Positions 12,918-24,800 of a stretch of 64,000 bases of DNA are shown one piece after another. The notes under the pieces are model-generated. The model saw only the letters and a program-made list of their open reading frames with translations, did no database searches and was not told where the DNA came from. The DNA lies in the NCBI GenBank assembly GCA_046563655.1, contig CM102288.1, positions 6,324,001 through 6,388,000 on the forward strand, in the 5' to 3' direction. This stretch comes from Yuukianura sp. NJ FZ-2021 (taxonomy: Eukaryota). The translations under genes were made by a program, and so were the position numbers. Positions within the stretch are counted from its first letter, which is position 1, and each line of letters begins with the position of its first letter.

Positions 12918-14758
12918 TTATTGTGCTTTCTTTTGGTCCTGTTCCCACTCCTTCCGGGTTTTGTATTTTTGGGTGGAGATTGTTCCAGCTTCCTTTAGTT
13001 TCTGAACTACTTGTTCCAGTGGACAATTGGCCAGGTCAGGCGCCTTGTCTTCTGCATAGGGTGCCAGAGGTTGGTTTTCTTCACTCAGAATCCACTCTTC
13101 AACTTCTGTAAATTTAGTACAAGTGATTTGCTCAGTCTCACTTCGAATTGTCCAGCAAATATCGTCCAGAGGCTACAAATCAACATGTTCAACTTACAAA
13201 ATCAATTTTTCACATTAGGGAGTTTGCATTTTATAAATCATTTATAGAATTTATAGAAAGTATAGAATTTACGGTGAGGAGTGGCGTCACTTTTTAAACT
13301 TTTTGGATTTGCAGAATTTATAAACACATTTATAAAAATTTGTAATCCATAAATGAGAAAACTTTGGAAAGTGACGTCACAGATTTCAAAATCGACAAGT
13401 GGCGGGAGCCGTAACAAAACGAATGACAGCGGGTGAACAGAGTGTTGCTAAATTGTATAAATTCTATGAATGTTTTGAAACGCAAACTATTTTTTCAAAA
13501 TTTGAAAAGTTGAAAAATTTCAAAACAGTTGAAAATTTGGTGTAACCAGGTCATTGTCGCCGTATCCAAAGGGGTGTTCAATTTCCCATCCGATTTGTAG
13601 GATTCCCAGCAAACAGAATGAAGTGAACAGGAGACTAAAAAAAAACAAATATTTTTTTAGACGTTTCTAATTTCGAATTGCTAATGCAAAACTGCGTTAA
13701 AAAAATTTGAAAAAAAAAGTTTTTAAAACAAACTTTCAATTTGAACAACCTTGGGATTGTCCAGTATTGCAAAGTGCTCACAAGTTGAAACGGAAGTGTG
13801 ATTAAGTACAAAGCAACGAAATGGTGAAGATGTGCTGCGTAGGAAAGAGGAAGCGGAGTACGCAGAATCCTCTCAAAGTGACCCAGAGTGTTGACGAGAG
13901 TTGAGACTGCGTCGTTGACGAAGTGTGTTGCTGATCCATCGAGGTTTCCGTTCATGACGACTGACTTGACATAGGTGGACAAGTGGTATGCAATTTCCAT
14001 GGGGATGTTAGTGGGCGTGGTTACGTCGTACGCCAAAATCCGGGCATTTTTGACATGCGTAGAAGCTTCCGGGTCGGCCGAACTCCCGCCGAATTTCGAA
14101 ACTCCGCCTATCAACGAGGCCATGTCGGCGTAGTCATACTTGTACTCTCCACGCAGGTAGTGCTTCGTAGCAAACGAAAACGCAACTCTGGAAAAAAAAT
14201 CCAAACAGTTTTTCAGTTTTCAATTTAGTTTTGAATTTTAAAGTTGAATTTCAAATTTTGAATTTGAAATTTTTGGCAATTTGAGACTTACGCCAAATTG
14301 ACGGCGGATTTCTTTTCGACGAGGTCCTTTGCTGAGTTTTCTTTGGCGAAAATCCAGACGCAGCGAGTGAATTGACGAATTGCGTTTGCCAAGTTGGTCC
14401 ACTGGCGTCGAGCTTCCAAGTACCTACAAAAAGATACCATTTTAGTTGAAATTTTAGTTAAAACTTCAGTTGAAACTTTAGTTTTTGGGTTAAAACTGGG
14501 TTAAAATTCGTGAATTCGTGTTGTCTTTAACAAATGGAGACTGTTTTTGTGTTACCGTTCATGTGCAATTGATGCTCTGAAGGCCAGTAGGAGTCCGAGT
14601 AGCACACCCAGAATTCCCGCCAGTGTTTGGTCGAAGATGATTGGTTCAACAGTATCATGGAATACACAAATTGCAACCGTGTACAGTGTGTACAGAATCA
14701 CTTGCCACCAGATCTTCGTGATCACGGTTCCACGGAGACGGAAGAACAGTTTGGCCAT
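12918..14758 (-). CDS. Bestrophin-family anion channel of fungal/bacterial type (UPF0187/YneE-like), 5 exons, about 371 aa
   Basis: Exons 14556-14758, 14292-14423, 13750-14187, 13547-13634 and 12918-13172 join in frame (1116 nt) with GT-AG introns. Motifs: LGLLLAFRASIAHERYLEARRQW, EKKSAVNLAVAFSFATKHYLRGE, FERILRTPLPLSYAAHL, GWEIEHPFGYGDNDLPLDDIC, WILSEENQPL. Confidence 0.9.
13220..13489. mobile_element. MITE-like element with imperfect terminal inverted repeats, in bestrophin intron 4
   Basis: Left end agtttgcattttataaatcatttatagaatttata resembles the reverse complement of the right end (agtttgcgtttcaaaacattcatagaatttata). Confidence 0.55.
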
Positions 14759-15810
14759 TTCACTCCTAAGTGCGTAGCTCGTCTGGAACTTAAAATCTCA
14801 TGAATTCTGTTTCCGCAAATTCCTCAGCAGAATTCCGTCATCCCGAGTCCTATAAAAGAAAAGGTTAGTGTTTTCTGTTTAGGTTTCTGCAAAACGTGTT
14901 TAGTCTATTTTTTTTACTTTTGAGTGAAAACCAGTTTTTCAGAGTGGCTATAGTAGACCTACCCATTTCACTTGCATAATTGACAAATTTGTCTTCGAAA
15001 TATTTTGAGTACGAAAGTTAAAGTCACGAGAGGTGACCTTCATGACAAAATTACTTTGAATTTAATTTAAATCTAAGTGATTTAAGATGTGTTTTTACTA
15101 AAAATTAACTTTTTATAACTTTTTTTTTAAAAAGTTGCAACTTTGTAATTTATTAGAGGAATATGCAAAAGAATCACACGTTCAACAATTTTATTCCGGT
15201 ATTTTGAAAAAGTGAAAAATTATAAATTGGTGCGAAACTACAAAAAAAACTACAATAATTTAAATTAGTTGATTTAAAGTTGATCGTTGCGTGAAAGCGA
15301 TTTTTGAATGCTTAAGATTAGTGCCATTTTAAGAAATGTTGGCACTTAAGAAATTTGGCTCACCGGTATTTTTTAAAATCTTGAACTTTTAAATGTTTAA
15401 AGTTAAATTTTAAAAATTTGTAATCTTATTCTAACCGTATTGTATAAAGTGATTAGGCCTTTGTGAAACTGCCGGGAGAAAGTGATTACTCCCGCTTAAA
15501 ATTAGTTAAAAGCTTAATTCCTAAATAGAAAATCTCCTTGGGTCTTAATATGGAAAGAATATTAGGGGTGGGTAAAGGCCAACCATTGGTTCGAAATGAA
15601 AAGGTTCGAAACTAATTGCGTAAAAATTGGAGCGAAAACGGTTTCAGGCTGACACAAGTAATGATGCTATGCTGCCAGCTTTTTCGACTCGGACTAATAT
15701 TTCCATTTCACTGTTGAATCAATTTAGTTGTTGATCCAATTGTTTTGGAACCAATGGCAGGGAACCTTGGGGTGATATGGATAACAATCATAAAGTAGAA
15801 AATGGAAAAG

Positions 15811-18800
15811 TTAGTGAATGAGTTTGGACAGAGTTTCGACGACTTGCGTAAACGTTGGGCGATTGCGTGGACAGAGTTGACATGCGTCTTTGAGTAGCGT
15901 GACGAGTGGAGGTGGTAGGCCCTTGAAGTCCCACTGAGGCTCCTCCCTCCTCTCCCATTGACCAATGAGGTCGGGTTCTGTCAACTGTTGCCATGGCAAC
16001 GCCGCTTGGTGACTCACTTCCCACAGTAGACATCCGAAAGACCAAATGTCGGATTTCGTAGAGTAGTCGCCCTCTAGCAACGCTTCTGGCGACAACCATC
16101 TCAGAGGCACAAGCTATCAAAGGAAGTTAAACGATTACTGCAATCTGATTAATCGATTAATTTTGTTGTTATCGAGTATTTTTACCTTATTCCTGAACAA
16201 AGAGTACTCGTTAGCATAAGTGTCTTTGCATAGACTTGGATTGGCCACTTGAACTCGAAATCCAGAAGCAATGAGACAATTTCTGGTAGCGAGGTCTTTG
16301 TGTACAAATCGAAGGGATGCCAAGTGATCCATGCCGAGAGCCACTTCGGAAATAACGTTCAGCACTTGCGAGGGAGTGAGACGAGGGGGTTTGGGGGTCA
16401 TGGGGTGGTCAGGGCGGGTGGCCAGCAGGAACTGTTTCAAATCTCCCTGTAAAAAAGTATTGAATCCATTCAATTGGAATTTCAATTTTTATTCATTAGT
16501 CTGTTCCTAATTAAGTAATTGAATTGATTTTGGTGTTACCCAATCGCTGTACTCCATGATCAAGTAGTGAGGATCCATTTCGCGACATAGGCGAACAAGG
16601 GCAGAAACGTTTTCATGTCGAACTTTACTAAATATTTCAATTTCCCGCCTGAATTCGGCTAGAGCTCCGCCCTCTTTTGTTTGTAAAGCTTTGACCATAA
16701 GTAGTCGTTCCGTTTCTTCCACTCGCCCTTTAGCCAGGAACACTTCTCCGTAGTTACCGTGACCTGTCACAGTTAAGTTAACAATACACTTAACACAGTT
16801 GAAATTATCTTAACTTCTAAGTTTAAGTGAGATTTTAATACTTACCAAGGAGCATGACGAACTGGAGGTCTTTCCTCTCTCCAGAAATCTCTTCGTAGGA
16901 TCGTTTGGATTGTGTAGAAGCATGTGAGCGGTGACTGACGAGAGACGGAGGGCCAGAGCCACTTTTCGTTTGGCCATTGCCTAATAAAGAACTGTGGGTG
17001 GATCTCCCAGTCTCCCCATCGTCAGATCGAACACTCCCTGCTCTTGTGTTGGTAGTTTTTGGAGTCATTTCCGTTGGCACGGACAAACCGTCTTTCAGTT
17101 CCGTTTCCACCAACTCGGCACGAACTAAACATCGCAATCGGTGCTTAACTTTCAAGAATTGACTAACTTCGATTTATGCCTGGCATGCTTCCTTACTGTC
17201 AGCGAGATAAGCCGTTTTTCGTTTGAGTTGTCGATAGCCACACCAGAGCATGAGACCGACGACAAGCAGCATGTAGCCAGCAGCCACACTGAGGGTTATC
17301 CAAACAGTACGAGTCATTACCCCACTCTGCTCTGGTGACATGTAGTCTTCGTTTCCTTAATTAATATAAAACACAGTCAGAATCTGAATCAATTGAACTA
17401 TAAATTTATAAAGTGTTGTAATTGGGCTTAGCTTACGTGCCACGATGAGCTCCACTTCTTCTCGTTTGAACCCACCGCTGTTCCCTGCCGTGCATCCGAA
17501 TCTCCGTCCATGATCGTCCAGACTCACTTGGCGAATGTATAACGATCCGTTGTCGAACAGCAGATACCTGAAAGTAAAAAGTTATCATTGCAAAAGGTTT
17601 AAAAAAGATTGGAAAATAGAATTTTGAAAAGTGCCTTGCCCGAAATATGTGACATATAGCGTTGATCAGTTACCTTTGCCCGCGTGTGTTTACTTAAACG
17701 CATTCTGATTAATCTAGCTTTCTAATTTAACTAATCGATTAATTAAATTAATCATTAATCGACTTCCTAAAATTTGGTGCGGAGGTTAACTGTCAATGTT
17801 GTAAACAACAACAGCTGTTTTTGGATTTTAGCGGCAAATCAATAGGTTTCTCAAATATCCCTCCTGTCTTTCACTTTTACCACATCTGGGCAAGTAAATG
17901 ATTAATAATTATTTTTTACCATTAAGTTATTAATCAATGTGTTAATTAGTTAAATACTATTACAAAACACTTGGCAGAGTTTACTGACCAAAAGTGAAGC
18001 AAAGGTTACGTTTATAATTTTAAATATCATCGTTGTGATTAATAATATTTTATTTGCCCAGCACAACTGAGGGGTTGCTGGGGTAAAGTGAGACACCTTT
18101 TTCATTTGCTGAGTATAATTCCCGCGCATTTCAAATTTGAAATGACGTGACGCTATCCAGAAAAGGGACTCTTTTTCTTCTTTGTTCTTTCTTCGTTGCA
18201 TTTTTTAAAGTAAACTAATAATTAGTTAACAATTAATGTTAATTTATTTAGTGGCTCACCGGTCGTTGATGATGGAAGAGGCATCTCTGTCTTGGTCCCA
18301 CTTGATGGTGGGAAGTGGGTCTCCCTCGGCCCCACAGTCCATCCGCAATGGCTCCCCCTCTATCGCCTCCGTCGGATTCTTCGGTATAACGACGAATCGC
18401 GGTGAACCTAATCCCAACAGATAATCAGAAGGTAAGACAAAGATTATGTCAATCGTCAATCTAAGACATTCTAACGTTGGTTGTTTCTATAGTCTTACTG
18501 GACACAGTGATGGTGATGGTGATGTTGATGATTCCTTGGGCACTTGTTGCCAGACACATGTACTCTCCCTCGTCACTCTTGTCAATTGGACTGAAATGCA
18601 AAACTCCATTGTCTTCTGTGATGTGCTTTGGCCACCCGAACTTCACGCCTCCAACCTAGTAACAAGCATTTCACATCATCTGATGACCTTAAAAATCCAG
18701 CACTTCATCAATTACAATGAGTTACATAAACTCCATCATCAATTTCATAACAAAGGTAAGTCCAACATGGCTTACATAATCTAACTTATCCCAAGCATTA

Positions 18801-21800
18801 CGATTACGTTACGTTAGAGATCATGATTGTTATGTTTAATATGTGTTTCTCTTAAATTCTTGATCCAGGTTACCTTGATCCAGTTGATTGTGGGCGGAGG
18901 GTCACCCTGGGCCTTGCATGGTATTTTGTAGTTGAGTCCCAGTTCCAGCCGTCTGTCCACTGGATGAGACACAAACTTGAGGCGCTCTGTCCAGAAATTT
19001 AACAAAATTACATTAACAACGGCCACTTCACTTGTCTACTTTTCTGTTTCCGAATTTCCAAATTCCCATCACGTCCACTCTTTTTGTTCTTGTCCAGTTT
19101 GGCAGGAAATAGGCTCACGAGCATCCACAAGTAACAGTGTTTACTTCGTTAGCCTTTTCTGGAATATCTGGAACTGGAACTACAATTTTCTGAAACTCTT
19201 CGTCAGCAATACTCACATGAACCTAAACTTAATGTACAATTTTTTGTTATGTTTGTTCTTACGTCTTACTCGGAGGAGAGCTTCCCTTGAAGTGACGATT
19301 GGTTGGCCTTGTGTCGCCAGTTGACAGGCATAGGCTCCCTGGTCCTCCAGTTTCGCTGCTTCCAGTGACAGAGTCCCGTTTTGTTCCATGTTGAGGATCC
19401 TGTGATGGTGACGAGAATTGGGACTTGCATGATGGACATGTCTCAAAGGACCTTGGTTGTGTGTCCATGTCACACGAGTCAGTGGCCATGACGATCCACT
19501 AAACGGACACCGAAAGACTGCCGTCTCTCCTTCTTCTACGTCTTGACCTTGCGGCTGAGCAGTGAGTTTTGGTGGTTCTAACAAAATAAATCACGATTAA
19601 CAGCAATTGAACTCTTTAGGAAGTGTTCAAAAATCAACACTTTTGATTCAAAGACAAGAATTATTCGTTTTTGAATGAAAAATTTTGATTTTTAGGATTG
19701 TGGCGGGAAAAGAATCTTACAATCCATATTTTATGTTGGAAATACTGCCACGCTGCGCATGTGCTGTACGAAGTTGGTGGTAATTTCATGAACTCCAGTT
19801 TTTATGTATTTTTTTTTTCTGTTTTTTCGGTCATAAACATTGCAAGGAGGGTCGGAGACAATGAAAAGGTTAGACTTTCCCTCTCTGGAGACTTCGAGAC
19901 ATGGAGGAAGTCAAGCAAGAAATGAACCACCACATCAAAAAACAGGAGGGTTAGGCTTTCCAAATGCCCGCTATGTGCTGGAGGGCATTTTCAAAACTTA
20001 TCTCCCTTGCATTGTCGGGGCGGATGGCACTTATTTTTCTAAAGATTTTTAGCCATTACTAAAAACTTAATTTTGCTTACTGGTTATGACCAGGACGAAG
20101 GAAACTGCACCGGCTCCGGCGACATTTTCTGCTCTGCAAGTATATCTTCCGACATCGTCTGGCGACACTTTGGGGAAAAACAGAGTGTGGTTGTCACGGA
20201 CACTGGCGACATCGAACGGACCTTCCCACCAGACGCGTGGAGGTGGCAATCCTGCCGGTGGAGAGCAAAATACTTCGACTTTGCTGCCAGAGGCAAATCC
20301 AAGCTGGTCGGGGGTCAAAGGCCAAGGTTTAGGCAGCAGAGAGTCCACGGTTAGCGGTTCAATCGCTGAAAAAAGTAAGATTCAAAATTTCTAAAATTTC
20401 GAATTTTGAATTTGAACATTTTGAAACCCTGGATTGGTTTTTTAGAGTGCCGAACGAGCAGGACTCACAAGCGATTTGAATTTCGGCGGCAAAAGTGAAG
20501 TGGTTTTTGGTTCTGCTGCGACACTTGTAGATTCCGACTTCGTTTGAGCTGAGTTGCGTAATGAGGAGACTTCCGTTGGTGAGTAGCCTCCATCTGAAAT
20601 TCAAATTCAAAAATTGGCGGGGTTTCAAGTACTTGTTTCGCATTTGAATTTGCATTTGACTTTATTTTTCTAAGGGAAAATGGAGTTGGAGTTTTCTCTT
20701 TTCTGTTTCTGAGAAAATGAGATCCAGAGTTTTCTCCTGAGGATTCTTCACTCTTCAGAATCTCAATTGAAGAATAATCAAATTAAAGCTTTCCTTGTGC
20801 TGCACTTTGCCAATATTTGAAAGTTGGCGCCAACACTGCCTCATCAAAGGAAAGTGCTGGACTTCCCCCGAGGATGCTGCCAGCATCACCACCAGTTCTC
20901 TCGTCATAACTCAATCACCTTTCCAGCACACGCAGCATTTCAACACTCCTCTCACACCTAGCACTTTTGAGCTATCACGCCTTTTAGTTCAACTGGAAAA
21001 AGCTCAAAAGGAATTGGTTCCAAAACTTTTCGTCATCACTCAACAGGTAAACTTGAGCAAAAAAAAATAAAAATTAATGTAGAACATGATAATAAGTTGC
21101 ATTATGTAGGCTGCAGTATTTTTTGACCAATTCTCCTTTTGAACTTAAATTCTAGTTTCGGCCCCATCCGATCCTTTTTCGGACCAATTGTACTTTCGGA
21201 CAAACCAACTCGCCATTTGCACCAACTCTAGATACTTTGGATCAATTCTGCACTCGGACTAGCTTATTGACCAATTGGTAATTCGAACAAATTGGTTTCG
21301 AACCAATTGATGCAACGGACTTTGAGGACACTTCGACGGCAAGAGTAAGGAAAAAATGAATTAGAAGAACGTGTGGATTATGATCTCAGTTTTTTTGTAA
21401 AATATTGGTATTTTTTTGAGAAGTAGTGAAATGTGGAGTGAAGATGGTGGATGTGCTGGAAGATGCTGGATGTGCTGGAGATTAGAAGAGGAATAATGGA
21501 TATGGAGGAACGTGTCATAAGGAACACAGCTTCCAGGACGCTTCTTTGTCCTCTGATGGAATTCCTGGTCTGAATTCTAATCTCCCGCTTCTCCTTACAA
21601 ACAACTACTGGTCCCAAATATGCCAAGGACAGCCGCTGCCTTCCAGATACTGGCAGTATAAGTACTGCCAACTCCTGACATCGAATCTACGCAGGTCAGT
21701 TTGAAAGTTACTAAGACTTTTGCTGTTTGATCACGTGGTTTTGTTAATGGTGGACTAATTGATGCGTAGGGAACAAAAAAAAAAGAGCGGAAAGTGTCCA

Positions 21801-24800
21801 CTTTCTCTTTTTTTTTTCGGTCTAAAACCAAAGTTTGGCGCTTTGATCTTGATCCTGAAGATGAGAAATCCGAAAGGGAACTTCGTGCCTAGGATTCTAA
21901 CAATTCAAACACCATTTCTCCAAATGTCTCACAAACTGACAAGCCCTTCGGAGTCTGTCTAGACTTGGACCCACGTTCAACTTGGCCCCACCAGCATAAG
22001 AACCCACCACACACAACAAAATGTAAGAAAAACTACTGAAAACAAAATTCTAAATGTGGAAACGATCTTTGACCTCCAGCACATAAGTTTTCCATTTTCT
22101 GGAATTCCGGACACTTTTTCAACTGCAAAGACTTAAGAAACAAAAAAAAATGAAATCCGCATTTTCGAAAAACTTTTTTTCATTTTGTACAACAGATCCT
22201 GAAATGCTGAAATAGAGGGCTGTTGTGTATTGCTGTCTGTTGTCATTTTGTTTGTGGTGACATTTGAGTTGGATGTGGCTGGAGCTGAACTAATTGAGCC
22301 GTTGGAGTCTCAATTAGTCCAGAGCTTCCACAATTACTCAAGCATCGCTACATTCTCCACAAGGAGACGCCAGACACATGGTCCATGTCTCATGGACAAG
22401 CGAACGTCCAAGTACTTTTGAGTTCAATTACTTTCTCTCAGCATTTTTCACTTTTCACTTAAGACTTGAGTAGCACGATGTCCGCACCATTTACTTTTGG
22501 ACACAAAAATACCACTGACCAAAAAAAACGCAGCTACCAAAAGGTCAATGTACTTCGAATTTCGAGGATTTTCTGAATTTCTTGGTTTCAACACTTTTTC
22601 CTTCTTTTTTCGACTTCAGATTTGTTTTTAGAAAGCGTTTTGGTTTTGGACTTCATTTTTTTTGAAATTGTGTTTTAGAATGGGGAAAATACTGACCTGG
22701 AGCTGTTCTGGACAAAATTCTGCTGGAAGATCCATTCGAGAGGTGTTTGGCCCAAGACGCAGTTGATTGTGACTGGAGTGTTGACTGGAACGACTTGGCT
22801 CGATGGTAGAAGGAAATCCTGGACATCGTCATCGTCATCTGCCAAAGACATAAGAAAGGTCAACATTCATTAAATCTTGATTCCTAAATTGTTAATTTAC
22901 GTTAACTTTTTAATTGTGATTTTAGTTGACCTGGAATGAGTAAGTGGAAGAATGGAGAAGATACTTTTCCTGCATCGCTGGAAGCGTCGCACTTGTAGGA
23001 GCCACTGGACTCAACGCCCACTCCACCAAGGTTCAGCTTCTTCCCGGATCCAGTTTCCACTTCTCCATTTCTGGTTCAAAAACATTCCATCAACAAATGG
23101 TAAGGAAAATGTAATCAAAAAGCTAAACAGCAAAAACCTACACAAGAAAAAAACTAAACATTTCACTAAAGCACAACCGAAAGCAAGCACCGAACCTAAC
23201 AAAAGGTGAGAGAACTACATTTCATCATTTCTTGTGCTTACGTTTTCGTGTTTTAAGTTATTTTCCTGCTAATATAATTGTACATAGACTATGATCTGTG
23301 TTCGACAGACTGTAAATTCTAAAAAGAACATAAGCTTATACACTTACCGATGCCATTTGAACTTGATTTCGACGCTTCCCTCCACTTCACACTCCAGAAT
23401 GACCTCTTGACCCCTAACAACTTCTCCTCCCTTCGGTTTCACAACACGCACTTCCGCTTTGTCGCTCAACCCTAAACAAGTAATACGATATAATATATAA
23501 TATGGTAGATGACCCAACCATGTTTTAACTATGTTTTAACCATCTTTTTCTAGTGTCACGCGCATAAGATCAGAGGCTCAAGGAATTAGTGAGATATGAA
23601 ACCATTTCTCTTGATTTCCGATCCAATCCAGGGATCAATGCAAGGTGAAAGTTTTTGGATTTCTTTGGCGGGAAAGTGGATAGTTGCTATGCGCAAAGTG
23701 GTCATGTGATGAGTATTTATGACAGGATTTTGAAAAAGTGTGAGATCCAATTCATTTTTATTAGAATTCAGAGTTGGGCTCATGTTCCAATTTTGGACAG
23801 GAGAGGGAAAGAGTGTGTTGTCACTTTCCGTTTTGCATTCAAATCACACTCTTTCAAAATCCCCTCTCTTTTCCCGCCACGTGCGGACCAGAAGGCATTT
23901 TGAATTCCTCTGATCTCCCGCCACTCACACGTAAAAAAACACCAAGCACAATCTTTGTTTACTCAAAGGCACAACTCAAAATACACAAAGTAGAACCATT
24001 CATCCCTCTTTTTTCTTTTCTGGAAATACAGAAACAAAAAACGAACTGAAAATGCTAAAACTGAAATGAACACGGAAGTATTTTTAGTCAGCAAAAACTG
24101 TCTGTCGTGCCTGTATTCACTTCACTTCAGCATCATAATGTCACCACAGAATATATAAGCAACACAAATCTAAGCACAGAAAGGTTAAGTTAAAGTAAAA
24201 AACAAAAAAATCTAACAGCAAGCGTGAGTAGAAACTAAAAGTTAAAAAATTTCAATACTGAAATTTTGATGTGCTTAGATATTGATGTGCTTGGATTATT
24301 GCGATTCTCATATTTGCAAATTTTCTGACTGCTTGTTTGTTGTTTAGGCTTTTGGTGTGTAGATCATTGAGTTTAGATAATTGTTGTTGATGCAAAGTGT
24401 ACTTGGAAGTTGAATAAGACTTGTGAAAAAGTGGAAAGCCCATAATGGCTGAAATCGGGGCATTGTGAGACATTTGTAATTATGAGTTGAGGGAAGTAAT
24501 GTGTTGATGAAATGGGTGTTGAGGGAGTCGTAAGGCCCTGGTAGCGTCGTTTCTCTAATTTTCTGGCTCGGTTCCCATGCTCTTTCTAATTACGGAATGT
24601 GAAAGTTTATAGTGCATAACGCTCAATATCCTTAAGTTGTCGAATTCTTGGAAAAACGGGGGAAAGTTTGGATTAATCTTTGATTTGTGGACTTACAGAT
24701 GAAGTTGATCCTGATTGGTGGACTGGTTCGACTCAAGCCAGTCTCCAGTTCTGTCACTACGCAACGGAATTCTCCCGTGTCAAGGTTGCGTACGAGTCTT

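Noticed and set aside
16185..16447. Missing DFG in the kinase as a sign of pseudogenisation
   Set aside because: Loss of DFG is the normal state of PTK7/off-track pseudokinases.
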